Positions 22,097 to 37,002 of a stretch of 64,000 bases of DNA are shown here, piece by piece. A model generated the notes under the pieces. The model saw nothing but the letters and a program-made list of their open reading frames with translations. It was not told the DNA's origin and searched no databases. Numbering within the stretch: position 1 is the first letter of the stretch; each line of letters begins with the position of its first letter. The DNA comes from Anaeramoeba ignava BMAN. Its lineage: Eukaryota > Protista > Anaeramoebae. A program made the position numbers and the translations under genes. Location: the NCBI GenBank assembly GCA_028826165.1, contig JAPDFW010000019.1, positions 14,017-78,016 on the forward strand. Direction: 5' to 3'.

Positions 22097-25000
22097 ATGA
22101 CTGATGAAAAACCAAAAGAAAAACCAAAAGAAAAAATAAATGAAAATTTAATAGAAACAGATGAAAAAGAAAAAGAAAAAGAAAAAGAAAACCAAGAAGA
22201 AAAAGACAAAGAAAAATTATTTGATTATGATAGATATGGATTTTTACTTGATAAAAAGTATATTTTTTCCTTTTAAAAATTAATTAATTTTTTTTTTCTA
22301 ATTTAATCAATTTTTTTTTTACTTTTGAATTAAATAAAGATTGGGTCAAAAAAGAACCACTTCAGAACTTAAAAATGTTCAACGGGAAGTTGAAAGAGGA
22401 ACTAAGTGGAGAGAAATGATGGATCAATGGGAGAAATATGCAACTAAAAAAAGTGGTGTTGTAAGTTGATTTTTTTTTGCTTTTTTTTATAAATAATTTT
22501 ATAAATAATTTTATAAATAATTTTATAAATAATTTTATAAATAATTTTATAAATAATTTTATAAATAATTTTATAAATAATTTTATATATAATTTTATAA
22601 ATAATTTTATAAATAATTTTATAAATAATTTTATAAATAATTTTATAAATAATTTTATAAATAATTTTATAAATAATTTTATAAATAATTTTATAAATAA
22701 TTTTATAAATAATTTTATAAATAATTTTATAAATAATTTTAATAAATAATTTTATAAATAATTTTATAAATAAATAAAATTTTATAAATAATTTTATAAA
22801 TAATTTAATAATTAATTTTATAAATAATTTTAATAAATAATTTTATAAAATAATTTTATAAATAATTTTATAAATAATTTTATAAATAATTTTATAAATA
22901 ATTTTTTAATTTTATAAATAATTTTATAAATAATTTTATAATAAATAATTTTATAAATAATTTTATAAATAATTTATAAATAATTTTTTATAAATAATTT
23001 TATAAATAATTTTATATTTAATTTTTATATTAAATAATTTTATAAATAATTTTATAATTAATTTTATAAATAATTTTATAAATAATTTTATAAATAATTT
23101 AATAAATAATTTAATAAATAATTTTATAAATAATTTTATAAATAATTTATAAATAATTTTATAAATAAATTAATAAATAATTTTATAAATAATTTTATAT
23201 TTAATTTTATATTTAATTTTATATTTAATTTTATATTTAATTTTATAAATAAAAATTGAAGCTAAAAAGAAGAATAAGAAAAGGTATACCAGATAGTTTT
23301 AGAGGAGAAGCTTGGATGAAAATATCACAAAGTGAAATATTAAGAGATCGAATGAGAAAAAAAGAAGGAGCTGATTTTTATCTTAAATTATTAGAAGAAG
23401 AAAATGAAGAAGCAAACGCAATTATTGAAAGAGATCTTAATAGAACATTTCCTAAACATGAAAATTATAGAGTTGGATCAGAGTATATTTTCTATTTAAT
23501 CATCAATTTTAATCTAAATTTAAATTTATATTTATTTTCTAAATTTTTAAGACAAAAGAGATTATCTCGTATTCTTCGTGCTTGGTCAGTTTATAATAAA
23601 ACTGTTGGATATTGTCAAGGTTGATTTCAAATTTAAATTTAAATTTAAATTTTAATTTTAATTTTAATTTTAATTTTAATTTTAATTTTAATTTTAAATT
23701 TAATTTTAATTTTAATTTTAATTTTAATTTTAATTTTAATTTTAAAATTTTTATAATTTAATTTTTTTTTAATTTTAATTTTAATTTTAAATTTAATATT
23801 AAATTTAATTTTTAATTTTAATTTTAATTTTAATTTTAATTTTAATTTTAATTTTAATTTTAATTTTATAAATGAATTTTAATTTTATAAATGAATTTTA
23901 ATTTTATAAATGAATTTTAATTTAAATTTTAATATTAATTTTAATTTTAATTTTAATTTTAATTTTAAATTTAATTTTAATTTTAATTTTAATTTTAATT
24001 TTAATTTTAATTTTATAAATGAATTTTAATTTTATAAATGAATTTTAATTTAAATTTAAAAATAGGAATGGCTTTTGTTGCAGCTTTATTACTTTTTTAT
24101 CTTGAAGAAGAAGTATAATTAATCAATTTTAAAAAAAAAAACTCAAAACAATTTTTTCTGATTGAAATATAAAATTTTATATTTAAATAAAGGATGCTTT
24201 TTGGACATTTGTTGTTTTAATGGAACAATATCATATGAGCAGATTATATTCAATTGGATTTCCATTATTTCAACAACAATTATATCAATGGGATAAACTT
24301 TTTGAAAAATTGGATAAGAAAGTTTTTCTTCATTTCCAAGAACAAAGTGTTATGTCTCAAATGTATGGAAGTCGTTGGTTCTTAACAATTTTTGCAAATA
24401 CTTTTTCTTTTCCAATTGTTTTGAGAATTTTTGATATTTTTCTTCATGAAGGAATTGAATTTGTATTTCATGTTGCTTTTGCTATTATTAAACTTTTTAG
24501 AAGTAATTTCTAATTTACATTCAAAATAAATATTTAAATCCAAAATAAATATTTAAATTCAAAAATATTTAAATTCAAAAATATTTAAATCTAAAATAAA
24601 TATTTAAATTCAAAATAAATATTTAAATCTAAAATAAATATTTAAATTCAAGATAAATATTTAAATTCAAAATAAATATTTAAATTAAAAATAAATATTT
24701 AAATCAAAATAAAATATTTAAATCAAAAATAAATATTTAAATCGAAATAAAATATTTAAATCAAAAATAAATATTTAAATTCAAAATATTTAAAATTCAA
24801 AATAAATATTTAAATCTAAAAATAAATATTTAAATTCAAAAATAAATATTTAAATTCAAAATAAATATTTAAATTCAAAATAAATATTTAAATTCAAAAA
24901 ATATTTTAAATCAAAAATAAAAATTTAAATATTTAAATTAAAAAAAAAAATTTAAATTAAAAATAAAATTTAAAATAAAATATTTAAATTCAAAATAAAT

Positions 25001-26352
25001 ATTTAAATTAAACTAAAAAATTAAATATTTAAATTCAAAATATTTAAATTCAAAATAAATATTTAAATTCAAAATAAATATTTAAATTCAAAAATAAATA
25101 TTTAAACTAAAAAAAATAAATATTTAAATCCAAAATAAATATTTAAAATAAATTTAAAATCAAAAATATTTAAATCAAAAATAAATATTTTAAATATTAA
25201 AAATCCCAATTTAAAAATAAATATTTAAATCTAAAAATAAATATTTAAATTCAAAATAAATATTTAAATCTTAAAAATAAATATTTAAATCCAAAATAAA
25301 TATTTAAATTCAAAATAAATATTTAAATTTAAAAATAAATATTTAAAATAAAATATTTAAATATTAAAAATATTAAAAAAAATAAATTTAAAATTTAAAA
25401 ATTTAAAATTTAAATCAATTTAAATATTTTAAAAAAAAAAAATATTTTTAATTAAAAAAAATTAAATTCAAAAAAAATATTTTCAAAAATAAATAAAAAT
25501 AAAAATTTTTAAATAAAAAAAAAAATATTTAAATTTAAAAAAATAAATATAAAAATTAAAATAAATATTTAAATTCATTTAAAATAAATAAATATTTAAA
25601 TTCAAAAATAAAATATTTAAATTCAAAAAAAAATATTAAAAAATATTTAAATTAAAAATAAAATATTTTTAAAAATAAAAATTATTTAAAAATAAATTTA
25701 AAAAATTAAAATTTAAAATAAATTTAAATATTTAAAAAAAAAAAAAATTTAAATTAAAATAAAATATTTAAATCCAAAATAAATATTTAAATTCAAAAAT
25801 AAATATTTAAATCCAAAATAAATATTTAAATTCAAAATAAAATATTTAAATTCAAAAATATTTAAATCTAAAATAAATATTTAAATCAAAATAAAAATAT
25901 TTTAAATATTTAAAAAAAAAATTTTAAATTAAAAATAAATATTTAAATCCAAAATAAATATTTAAATCCAAAATAAAATATTTAAATCTAAAAATAAATA
26001 TTTAAATTAAAAATAAATATTTAAATTCAAAATAAATATTTAAATCAAAAATAAATATTTAAATTCAAAATAAATATTTAAATTCAAAATAAATATTTAA
26101 ATTCAAAATAAATATTTAAATTAAAAATAAATATTTAAATTAAAAATAAATATTTAAATAAAATTCCTTTTAGAACAAATGTTGGAAATGCAATTTGAAC
26201 AATTAGTTCAATTTGTTCAAAATATTAACCTTCAACCAATTGATGAAGATGAATTAATTTCTACTGCAACTTCAATTTCAATTAAATATAAAGATTTAGC
26301 AAGATGGGCAGATGAATATCATTTACAACAAGAAGAACAAAAAGAAAAATAA
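22097..26352 (+). CDS. TBC-domain Rab GTPase-activating protein (about 7 exons)
   Basis: YDRYGF, RIRKGIPDSFRGEAW, IERDLNRTFP, GYCQG|MAFVAALLL, WFLTIFA, RIFDIFLHEG. Approximate exons 22097-22257, 22340-22460, 23262-23482, 23552-23620, 24066-24112, 24193-24502, 26174-26352. Confidence 0.88.
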
Positions 26353-26600
26353 AAATGGAAAAAAAAAATTTTTAATTCAAATTGAAAAATTTCCAAATTA
26401 TTTTTACTTTTCTTTTTTTTGAATTGAAATTGATCTTCTTCTTCTTTTTGAAATTAAATAAAAAACCAATTATTTTCTCTTTTTATTTTTCCTTTTTTAT
26501 TTTTAATTAAAAGTTGTCAAAAAAAAAGCAAAAAAAAAAGAGAGAAAAAAATTTTCTTTTTTTTTTAAATTTTTTTTTTCATTTTTTTGCTTTTCTTCTT

Positions 26601-29089
26601 ATGACAAAAAAGTTACCAATTATTTACAAACCTTCTTATTTAACAGAAGAAAAACTTCAAAACATTGCTAAAAACAAATATAACGGAAAAGATAATTCAA
26701 TTCTTTATCGATTTGTTTTTGGTCATTTTTATAATTTTTTGGTGAATCATGTTATTCCTTCTTGGGTTGCGTAAGTTTTCTCTTTTCAAAATTTATTTAC
26801 AAATTTATTTACAAATTCATTTATAAATTTATTTACAAATTTATTTACAAATTCATTTACAAATTTATTTACAAATTTATTTACAAATTTATTTATAAAT
26901 TTATTTACAAATTTATTTATAAAATTATTTACAAATTTATTTATAAATTTAAATACAAATTTATTTACAAATTTAAATTCAAATTCAAATTCAAATCCAA
27001 AAATCAAATTCAAATTAAAATTTATTTATAAATTTATTTATAAATTCAAAATCCAAAATTCAAAATCCAAAAATCAAATCAAAATTTATTTATAAAATTA
27101 AATCTAAAATCAAAATCAAAAATCAAATTCAAAATTAAAAATTATAAAATTCTTTTTATTTAGACCGAATTTGGTTTGTGGATTCTTTTAAAAGTTCAAA
27201 AATTAAATACTTAAAACAAAAAAAAACGATTTTTTAGATTACTTTTATTGGATTCCTATTTCAAGTAATTAGTTACATTGTTGTTTGGATTTATTCACCT
27301 TCTATGAACAAAGAAATGCCAAGTTGGGTTTATTTTTTCACAGCATTTTGTCTTTTTGTGTATTTTACATTGGATAATTGTGATGGAAAACAAGCAAGAA
27401 AAACCAATTCATCAACTCCATTAGGTCAACTCTTTGACCATGGTAATTTCTTTATCAAATCCTTAATTGAATAACACTTGCTCATAATTCCTTTTTGTAT
27501 TTTTTATTAGGTTGTGATTGTATAACAACATCTGTAAATTTTCTTTTGATTTTTTGTTGGAATTCTTTTCCTAATTTAATATAATTTACAGCTTATTTTA
27601 CAAAATCTTTGCGCAACTATTCAAGCTGGAGCTTCGGTTCGTTTTGCAATGTTTCTTTTAATGGGAGTTCCTATTTTTTATTTTGCTACTTGGGAAGAGT
27701 AATTGTTATTTTTATTAATTCTATATAATGAATTATTTTTTTTTCACCTTTTTAAAAATTAATTGGAAAAATTTTGTTCTTTTTTCTTTTAGATATATGA
27801 CAGATTATTTTTATCTTCCAGAATTAAATGGACCTGATGAAGGTTTATTTTTGATTACTGTTATGTTTATTCATGGTGGATTTGGTATTGATTATTTATT
27901 TCTTTTTATTTTTCTTTCAAAAAATCTAAACAACAAAAATTTATTCCACTTTTTCTTTTTCTTTTTCTTTTTCTTTTTCTTTTTCTTTATTTAGATCCTA
28001 ATTTTTGGAAAAAATCAACTTTTGGAATTGAAAATTTTAATTATCTTTTTGTTTTTACTTTGTTTTTATTTGTTGTTACTGCTGCTGGAAAGTTTGAATT
28101 TTAAAGATTAATTTAAAAAGCAAAAAAATTGATTAGAAATTAATCAAAAATTTTTTTTTCTGTTTTTAATTAGCTTTAAAAATGCTATGAAAGGTGATCA
28201 TTTTAAAGAAAGTTCTAAGTTATACATTTTCAAGTCTCTTTCACCATGTTTCTTAACATCATTATTTGGATCTTTATGGATTTATTTTAGATTTGAATTA
28301 TTTTTAAAGCATCCTCGACTTGTTATGACATCAATTGGTTTTATTTTTGCAAACATTAATGTATTTATTTCAAAATCGGATAATAATTTATTTCAATATT
28401 TTATTTAATAATTTAATATTTTATTTCAAAATCGGATAATAATTTGTTTTTAATATTTTATTTTAAAATTTATTTTATTTATTTTAATATTTTATTTCAA
28501 AATCGGATAATAATTTATTATAATAATTTATTTAATATTTTATTTTATTATTTTATTTTAATTATTTTAATATTTTATTTAATATTTTAATAATTTATTT
28601 TAATATTTTATTTTAAAATCGGATAAATATTTATTTTAATATTTTAATAATTTATTTTAAAATTTTAATATTTTAATAATTTATTTCAAAATCGGATAAA
28701 TATTTATTTTAATATTTTAATAATTTATTTTAAAATTTTAATATTTTAATAATTTATTTCAAAATCGGATAAATATTTATTTTAATTATTTTAATATTTT
28801 AATATTTTAATAATTTAAAAATTGTAATAATTTTAGTTACGAGTTTTAGTTGCACATGTTTCAAAAGATTTTGGTAATTGGTATATCAAAAAAAGATTTT
28901 TAATGCTTTTCGCAATTCCTATTGCTTATTATCTTTTTGGTTGGATTGTTATTTCTGAAGAAACATTTTTACGTTTTTATGCCTTCTTTTAATGTTCTTT
29001 CTTTCTTACATTTTGGTTCTTCAATTGCTTATGAAATTAGTGATCATTTAGGAATCAAAATTTTCAAAATTAAACCAAAAGAAAATTAA
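26601..29089 (+). CDS. CDP-alcohol phosphatidyltransferase (choline/ethanolamine phosphotransferase, EPT1/CEPT1-like), multi-exon
   Basis: Spliced WVA|PNL|IT and catalytic motif DNCDGKQARKTNSSTPLGQLFDHG|CD, then TWEE|YMTD. Includes a 10-nt exon (27164-27173). One apparent homopolymer frameshift near 28990. Confidence 0.88.
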
Positions 29090-29178
29090 TTTCAAAAAAA
29101 AAACAATTTTTATTTTCATTTTTTTTCATTTTTCCATTTTTCATTTTTTTCTTTTCTTTTTTTCTTCTTTTTAAAAAA

Positions 29179-32100
29179 ATGGGAAATAAAAATCAAAATC
29201 AAAATCAAAATCAAAATCAAAATCAAAATCAAAATCAAAATGAAAAAAAACTTCCACAAAAAAGTCAAAGTGTTGAACCAAATGAAAGAATACATTTTCC
29301 AACTTCGAATCAAAAACTACAATCAAAAAGTAAAAGTGTTCAAACAAAAAAAAAATCAATAATTAATGAAAATGATCATTATAAATGGCATCTTGAAATG
29401 CAAAAAAAATATGAACAAGAACAAGAACAAGAATTAGAAATTCAACAAGAATCGGTTGCTATTTCAATTCAAGAAATGATTCGAATGAAAGTTTCACGTC
29501 GAAATTTCCTTAATTCTTTTTCATATCTTCTTAATTTTCAATCAAAAATTAAAGCTTTAAATCAAAGAAATTCTTTTAAATTTAATTCTCAAAATGTTTT
29601 GGTTATTCAGTCTTATTTTAGAATGAAAAATGAGTTTAAGAATTTTCAAAATGAAAAAAGAATAATGAATACAATTGAAAATAAAATAAAAATGAAAAGA
29701 GAAACGGATGAATTTAAAACAAGTAAAATTTTAATTTTAATTTTAAATTTTAATTCTAATTCTAATTCTCATTTTTTAAAAAAGCTTTAAAGAATATAAA
29801 AGTTATTCAAACTCAAATTAAAATGAAAAATGCAGAAAATCATTTCAAAAAAAGTAAATTTAATCAAAAATTTAAAAATAAAAAGTTTGCTAGTTCAAAT
29901 TTATTAAAAAAACAAACAAAAAAAAAACAAGAACAAAATTCTGCTTTAGTTTTCCAATCTTTTACAAGAAATCATTTTATAAATCAAATTTATAATTTCA
30001 AAAAATTAAAACACAGAACTTCTGTTGCAAAAGAATTACTTGAAACAGAAGAAACTTACGTTAGATTTTTAAAATTATTAGTTGTAGATATTATTCAACC
30101 TTTAGAGAATTTAAAAATACTTTCTCAAACAGAAATTCGAGGTATTTTTAGTTGTGCAAAAGAAATTCTTTTTGCAAATACAATGTTTCTTGAAAAATTT
30201 CGCAAAATTATTTCAAATTGGAATGCGGATTCATTAATTAGTTCATGTTTTGATACAAATGTAAATTTAGGTTATTTTAGGAAATGATTAGATTTATTTT
30301 TGAATCAACTTAAATTGTTTTCTTTTATTAGGTTAATATTTTTAAAATGTATTCATTATTTATCAATAATTTTGAACAATCAAGAGCATTAGTTCTTCAA
30401 TCAATGAAAAAAAATTCAAAATTTTCTGCTTTTTTGAATAATAAACTTGATGATCCAAAATTTGAGAATCAAAATCTTGAATCCATGTTGATTATGCCTG
30501 TTCAAAGATTACCAAGATATGTAAATTTAAATCAATTTTAAATCAATTTTAAATCAAATTTAAATCAATTTTAAATCAATTTTAAATCAATTTTAAATCA
30601 ATTTTAAATCAATTTTATATCAATTTAAATAAATTTTATATCAAATTTAAATCAATTTTAAATCAAATTTAAATCAAAATTAAATCAATTTTAAATCAAA
30701 TTTAAATCAAATTTATATCAAATTTAAATCAATTTATATCAAATTTAAATCAATTTTATATTAATTTTATATTAATTTTAAATCAATTTTAAATCAATTT
30801 TAAATCAAAATTAAATCAAATTTAAATCAATTTTAAATCAAATTTAAATAAAAATTAAATCAAATTTAAATCAAATTTAAATCAATTTTAAATCAATTTT
30901 AAATCAAATTTAAATCAATTTTAAATCAAATTTAAATCAATTTTAAATCAATTTTAAATCAAATTTAAATCAAATTTAAATCAATTTTAAATCAAATTTA
31001 AATCAATTTTAAATCAATTTTAAATCAAATTTATATCAAATTTAAATCAATTTTAAATCAATTTTAAATCAATTTTATATCAAATTTAAATCAATTTTAA
31101 ATCAATTTTAAATCAATTTTAAATCAATTTTATATCAATTTTAAATCAATTTTAAATCAATTTTAAATCAATTTTAAATCAATTTTAAATCAATTTTAAA
31201 TCAAATTTATATCAATTTTAAATCAATTTTAAATCAAATTTAAATCAATTTTATATCAATTTTAAATCAATTTTATATCAAATTTAAATCAAATTTAAAT
31301 CAATTTTAAATCAATTTTAAATCAATTTTATATCAAATTTATATCAAATTTAAATCAAATTTAAATCAAATTTATATCAATTTTAAATCAATTTTAAATC
31401 AAATTTAAATCAATTTTAAATCAAATTTAAATAAAAATTAAATCAAATTTAAATCAAATTTAAATCAATTTTAAATCAAATTTAAATCAAATTTAAATCA
31501 AATTTATATCAATTTTAAATCAAATTTAAATCAAATTTATATCAATTTTAAATCAATTTTATATCAAATTTATATCAATTTTATATCAATTTTAAATCAA
31601 ATTTTAAATCAAATTTAAATCAAATTTAAATCAAATTTAAATCAAATTTAAATCAATTTTATATCAATTTTAAATCAAATTTAAATCAAATTTATATCAA
31701 TTTTAAATCAATTTTAAATCAATTTTATATCAATTTTAAATCAATTTTAAATCAAATTTATATCAAATTTAAATCAAATTTAAATCAAAATTAAATCAAA
31801 TTTATATCAATTTTAAATCAAATTTAAATCAAATTTAAATCAAATTTAAATCAATTTTAAATCAAAATTAAATCAATTTTATATCAAATTTAAATCAAAT
31901 TTAAATCAATTTTAAATCAAATTTAAATCAATTTTAAATCAATTTTAAATCAAATTTAAATCAATTTTAAATCAATTTTAAATCAAATTTATATCAATTT
32001 TATATCAATTTTAAATCAATTTTAAATCAATTTTATATCAAATTTAAATCAATTTTAAATCAAATTTAAATCAATTTTATATCAAATTTAAATCAATTTT

Positions 32101-33227
32101 AAATCAAATTTAAATCAATTTTAAATCAATTTTAAATCAATTTTAAATCAAATTTAAATCAATTTTATATCAATTTTATATCAATTTTAAATCAATTTTA
32201 AATCAATTTTAAATCAAATTTAAATCAAATTTAAATCAATTTTAAATCAAAATTATATCAAATTTAAATCAAATTTAAATCAAATTTAAATCAATTTTAT
32301 ATCAATTTAAATAAATTTTATATCAATTTTAAATCAAATTTAAATCAAATTTTATATCAATTTTAAATCAATTTTAAATCAATTTTATATCAATTTTAAA
32401 TCAAATTTAAATCAATTTTAAATCAATTTTATATCAAATTTAAATCAATTTTAAATCAATTTTATATCAATTTTATATCAAATTTATATCAAATTTAAAC
32501 CAATTTTATATCAAATTTAAATCAAATTTATATCAAAATTAAATAAATTTTAAATCAAATTTATATCAATTTTATATCAATTTTAAATAAAAATTAAATC
32601 AAATTAAAAATTAAATAGATTCTCTTATTGGAACAACTGATTAAATACACACCAATAGAACATCCCGATTATATTTTACTTCAAAATTCTTTAAGATTGG
32701 TCAAAAGTACAACAGATGATGTACACGAAAAGAAAAAAAAACAAGAAAAATCATCAGAATTAAAAGAAATCGATAACACTTTAACAATAAAATCAAAACA
32801 AGATTTCAAATTCCAATTATTAAAACCAGCAAGAATATTTGTTGCAAAATTTCCAGTGATATTTTTACAAAAAGGAGCAAAACAATATGTTCTTTTCATA
32901 TTCAATGATATTCTTTTAGTTGTCAAACCAACAAAAAATCTCAAGAAGAAAAATGTTCAATATAAAGTTTGTGGAATCGTTTATTTATTGGATATTCTCA
33001 ATGTTTCCAAAATGAATGAAGATTATGGAAATAGAACTGATCTTATGTTTTCTTTAAAAGATACTCATTTCGTTTTTCGTTTCGAAGATCAAAATCAATT
33101 ACAAGAATTTATTAAATGTTTAGAAGATACTAAAAAAATTGAAAGTGAATCTCTTTCTGCAAAAACAAAAGAAGGAGATCGTGAAAAAACTATCTTAAAA
33201 AAAAATGGAATTCATACTTATTTTTGA
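29179..33227 (+). CDS. IQ-motif + DH-PH RhoGEF
   Basis: IQSYFRM-like IQ motifs. DH motifs ELLETEETYVRFLKLL and LIMPVQRLPRY|ILLLEQLIKYTP..HPD. PH-like LFIFNDILLV. Large intron 30521-32618. Confidence 0.87.
30521..32618 (+). repeat. 2.1-kb intron composed of an 11-bp tandem repeat (AAATCAATTTT/AAATCAAATTT)
   Basis: GT..AG bounded. Exons join as QRLPRY-ILLL. Confidence 0.9.
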
Positions 33228-33494
33228 TTGAAATTTTTTTTTTTTTTTTTTAGGAATTTTTTTTTCTAAATTTGGGAAAGTAAAATTTTAAAAGGGAAAA
33301 AAAAATTTTGGATTATTTTTGAATTTAATTAAAGATTAAAATTTAATTTTTATTTTTTATTTTCAAAATGAATCATTTCCAGTTGGCAAAAAAATTTTAA
33401 TTTAATTTTTATTTTTTAATTTTATTTTTTTTTTCATTTTTTTTCATTTGCATTCTTTTCCAATTTTAAAAAATTAAAAATTAAAAAATTAAAA

Positions 33495-36400
33495 ATGAAA
33501 AAGTAAAAATAAAAATTAAAATTAAAATTATAAATAAAAATTAAAATTAAAATTATAAAAAAAGAATTAGTTTGATTTGTATTTTAATAATCTTAGTTAC
33601 TTTTAAAGAAATTAATTCTCAATACGTGGTTGATAAAATAAATGGAATTGACACAGGAGATTGCACTTCACAACCATGCAAAACAATAGGACGGGCAGTT
33701 TCCTTAGCAGTAGATGGGTCTGATATAACAATATATGCCACAGGAATATATTCAGATGACGGAGATTGCGGACTAGTTGTGAACCAAACAACTTTAATGA
33801 TACAAGGAAATGATGGACAAAATTTTCCAGTTGTGGATTGCAAATCCAAAGCGACTTGGCTAAGCACAACCGCGTACAACACAAAACTCGAAGTTATGAA
33901 GATGGTGGTTCAAAACGCGGTTCTTGATATTGATGCTGTGACAAGTGAAGCAGCAGGCGCTTTTATCACGACAAACAACTCGAACGTCCATTTATCTCAA
34001 TGCAGTTTTCTTAATGGAGATGTTGTTGGTGCTAACGGAAGCGAAAATTCGTCTTTTACCAGCGGAATATACATCGAAAATTCGCTTGAAATTTCCTTAG
34101 TTGAGGTCGATTTCATAAATAACGGAAAAAGCAAAAATATTCACAATTCTGCCGGTGCCGGAATTTTGAGATATTCGGGACAATCCATTTCCGGCGCAAT
34201 TTTTGCCATTCGATATTGCAATGTGGAAAATAATTCTGGTGATACTGGCGGTTTTTATGTTGATGCTCTTTATTCAATCCCGAATTTCAATCTCGAAATA
34301 ATAAAAACCCAATTTGTAAACAATTCGGGCGTTTTATATGGAGGAATGTTTTTCAGTCAAAATAATGGAGATGTCAATGTGTCGCATGTTCTTGAAGGAA
34401 ATCTTTTTGAAAACAACAGTGGTGTGAATGTCGGTGGTTTTGCGTTTGCAGAGTCGGATGTTTCCACAAACATGACTGCGGGACTGACAGATAACAAATT
34501 TGTCAGCAATTCGGGACGAAATCAAGCGGGAGGACTGTCATATTTTTCAGGGAAAATTGACGGTTGCAACATGACATTGACACGGAATAACTTCACTGCC
34601 AACCAAGGACGAACAGGTGGCGTTGGCATGCGGGTGTATCTGCCTGACAAAGAAAAAGCGAACCAACTTGGGATGAATTTGAATTTTTGGATCGAGAACA
34701 ACGGCGAAAACGGCGGAGGTTTGCTCATCAAAGCGCCGTTCCAAGTTGTTTCGCTTTCTAATATGTTTCAAGAAAACACAGCCGTTCAAGGTGGAGCAAT
34801 TTGCCTTCAAGACTCGGTTTCTTTCGAAGACTTTAGCAGCCAGTTCTGGCTTAATAACGCCGAATTGGGCGCTTCTATTCTTGACGTTTCTGGCGGTTAC
34901 ACCTCGCTGCAACTGTCGTATTTGTTTGTTTCTGACAATTATTATCCTAACGTTTTCTTCATCAATAGTAGCACTGTCACTTTTGGCAGTCTCAGCGCAA
35001 CATGTCCAAACGGAAGCAACTTTCTGCCTGACTTTAGCAGCTCGCGATTGACTTACCAATGCGAGCCTTGTGCTGCAGGAACATTTTCGACAGTCAGAGG
35101 AACAATGCTGAATAATGTCACATGTTTCGAGTGTCCGCAACGTGCCGCATGTTTTGGAGGATCTGACGTTTACATCGAGTTTGGATTTTGGGCCCAATCA
35201 CTGCAAAACGGCGACATTGACATATATGAATGTCCGGTAGATTATTGTTTGCCGGGAAATCTAAACACTTTACAATTACCAAAACAAGGGGAATGCACAA
35301 ATAATCGGACAGGGCTTATCTGCACAGAGTGCGCAGCGGGATTTACAGAGACGCTTCTGCCGAACAGTAATTGCGCGGCGGTTTCTGAGTGCAAGAACCA
35401 GGTGTGGCAGTATGTGCTCCTTTTGCTTCCGAAGGTGTTTCTTCTCGTTTGGGCGTTTATGTACGTGCCTCACGCATCAACACCGCATTTCCACATCGTC
35501 GTGCATTTCGTGCAAGTGCTTTCATTAGTGCTTCCTGCTCCAGGTCCTCGTGCTGACGATTTTTTCTGGAGCGTTGTTTGGTCAGTTATCCAACTTTTCG
35601 ATCTTCAAACAGCTCTTCCCATTTTCCGCAACTTCGGTGCCTGTCCAGCAGCCTCAATGACAGGTCTCAAAAAGATATTCATGCAGTTCGTCGGTCCTCT
35701 TGTTTTTTTTGGCACGCTTCTGCCTCTTTATATTTTCGCCTTCATCAGAAAATGTGCCCAAACAGCGGAAAGTGATGAGATTTCCGGTGAGGAGAGTTCA
35801 GATTCCCAAGTTCCCCAGAGATCTCGAAGGAAGAAAGTCCCAGACGAGATTGAGCTTTCGAGCGAGGACAACATCTCCGACAAAGATAGTGATCTCCAAG
35901 AGCATAACGGTTCGCCAAGCAAGATCGGGACTGTCAAAAAAATCAAAACTCCCGATTTCGATGGTGATCTTGTCTCAATTCAATGGCACTCAGCACAAGC
36001 AGATCTTCTCCCAGACTCCCAACAAAGCGCCCCTGATAATGCTCCCCAAAATGCAATTGGCGAAGACCCTCTTAATCCCCTTTCGAACGATCAAGACCCC
36101 TCAGAAATTTCAGAGACTTTTTTGGATCGCGATGACATCCGCAACTTGGGTCTTGATCAGCTTGATATCTCCGACAGCTCCGAACTCTACGATGCAGCAG
36201 AAAAACGAGGGAAGACTTCTGCAGTAATATTGCCTGCAAATCTCACTTTGATTAAACGCTTGAATCTTGCGTTTTGGACTGTTTTTCTTCTTGCCTATTT
36301 TGTGCTTGTCAAAACGTCATTCGATTTAGTCAGTTGCATTTCCATAAATGTCGACAACAACTACGAGCTTCGGCTCTACAGAGATGCTTCTGTGAAATGC

Positions 36401-36943
36401 TACTCAGCATGGCAAATTGTGTTTTTTGTGATTTTGGGCATTCTTCTTTTCGTTCCGTTTATCCTTTTGATCTCACTTACGCGATCAAGCCGACCCAAAG
36501 TTAACGGTACAACAGTCCTGTCTCTGCTCTATGAACCTTTTCTCCCTTCACATTACTACTACGCTCCCTTGTCTCTCTTTGTACGTTTCTGTCTCGTTGC
36601 CGTTGCTGTGCTGATCACAAACTCGGCAGTTCGAACCTTTGTTATTTCCCTATTTTGCGTACTTTTTCTTTCCTTTAATCTTCTAACTCGTCCCTTTGTC
36701 TCTTCTTACGCTAACTGGCTGAACACAGCCACTCTTTCTGTCCTTTGTCTTGCTGCTGGGCTTGGCATGATCCATGCTTCTTGGCAATTCAGTGGTTTGA
36801 TGCCGTATCTTGGCCCAATCAAAAATTATGGTTATGGTCTTGATTATTCAATTTTGTCATTATGTTCAGCTCTTTTTCTTTATTTTCTTTTTAGGTATGT
36901 TCGCCTCTTTGCCAGACATCGCCATTGTTTCGGTTGTAAGTAA
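33495..36943 (+). CDS. Surface protein: signal peptide, right-handed beta-helix (pectin-lyase-like, GGA/FxxN repeats), Cys-rich domain, multi-pass TM region
   Basis: An 8-nt first exon (33495-33502) and intron 33503-33570 give MKNLICILIILVTF. Motifs G.D..DC...PCKTI, FENNSG..GG, FQENTAVQGGAI, CEPCAAGTFS, C..NRTGLICTEC. Many hydrophobic helices in the C-terminal half. Confidence 0.78.
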
Positions 36944-37002
36944 AGTAAAGTGTCTGGTTTTTTTTTTTTCTTTCAAAACAGAATTAACAAAAATTAAAAT
37001 AA

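Noticed and set aside
33612-36504. Multiple overlapping or antisense ORFs within the surface-protein gene
   Set aside because: Shadow ORFs caused by higher GC content, with no recognisable motifs.
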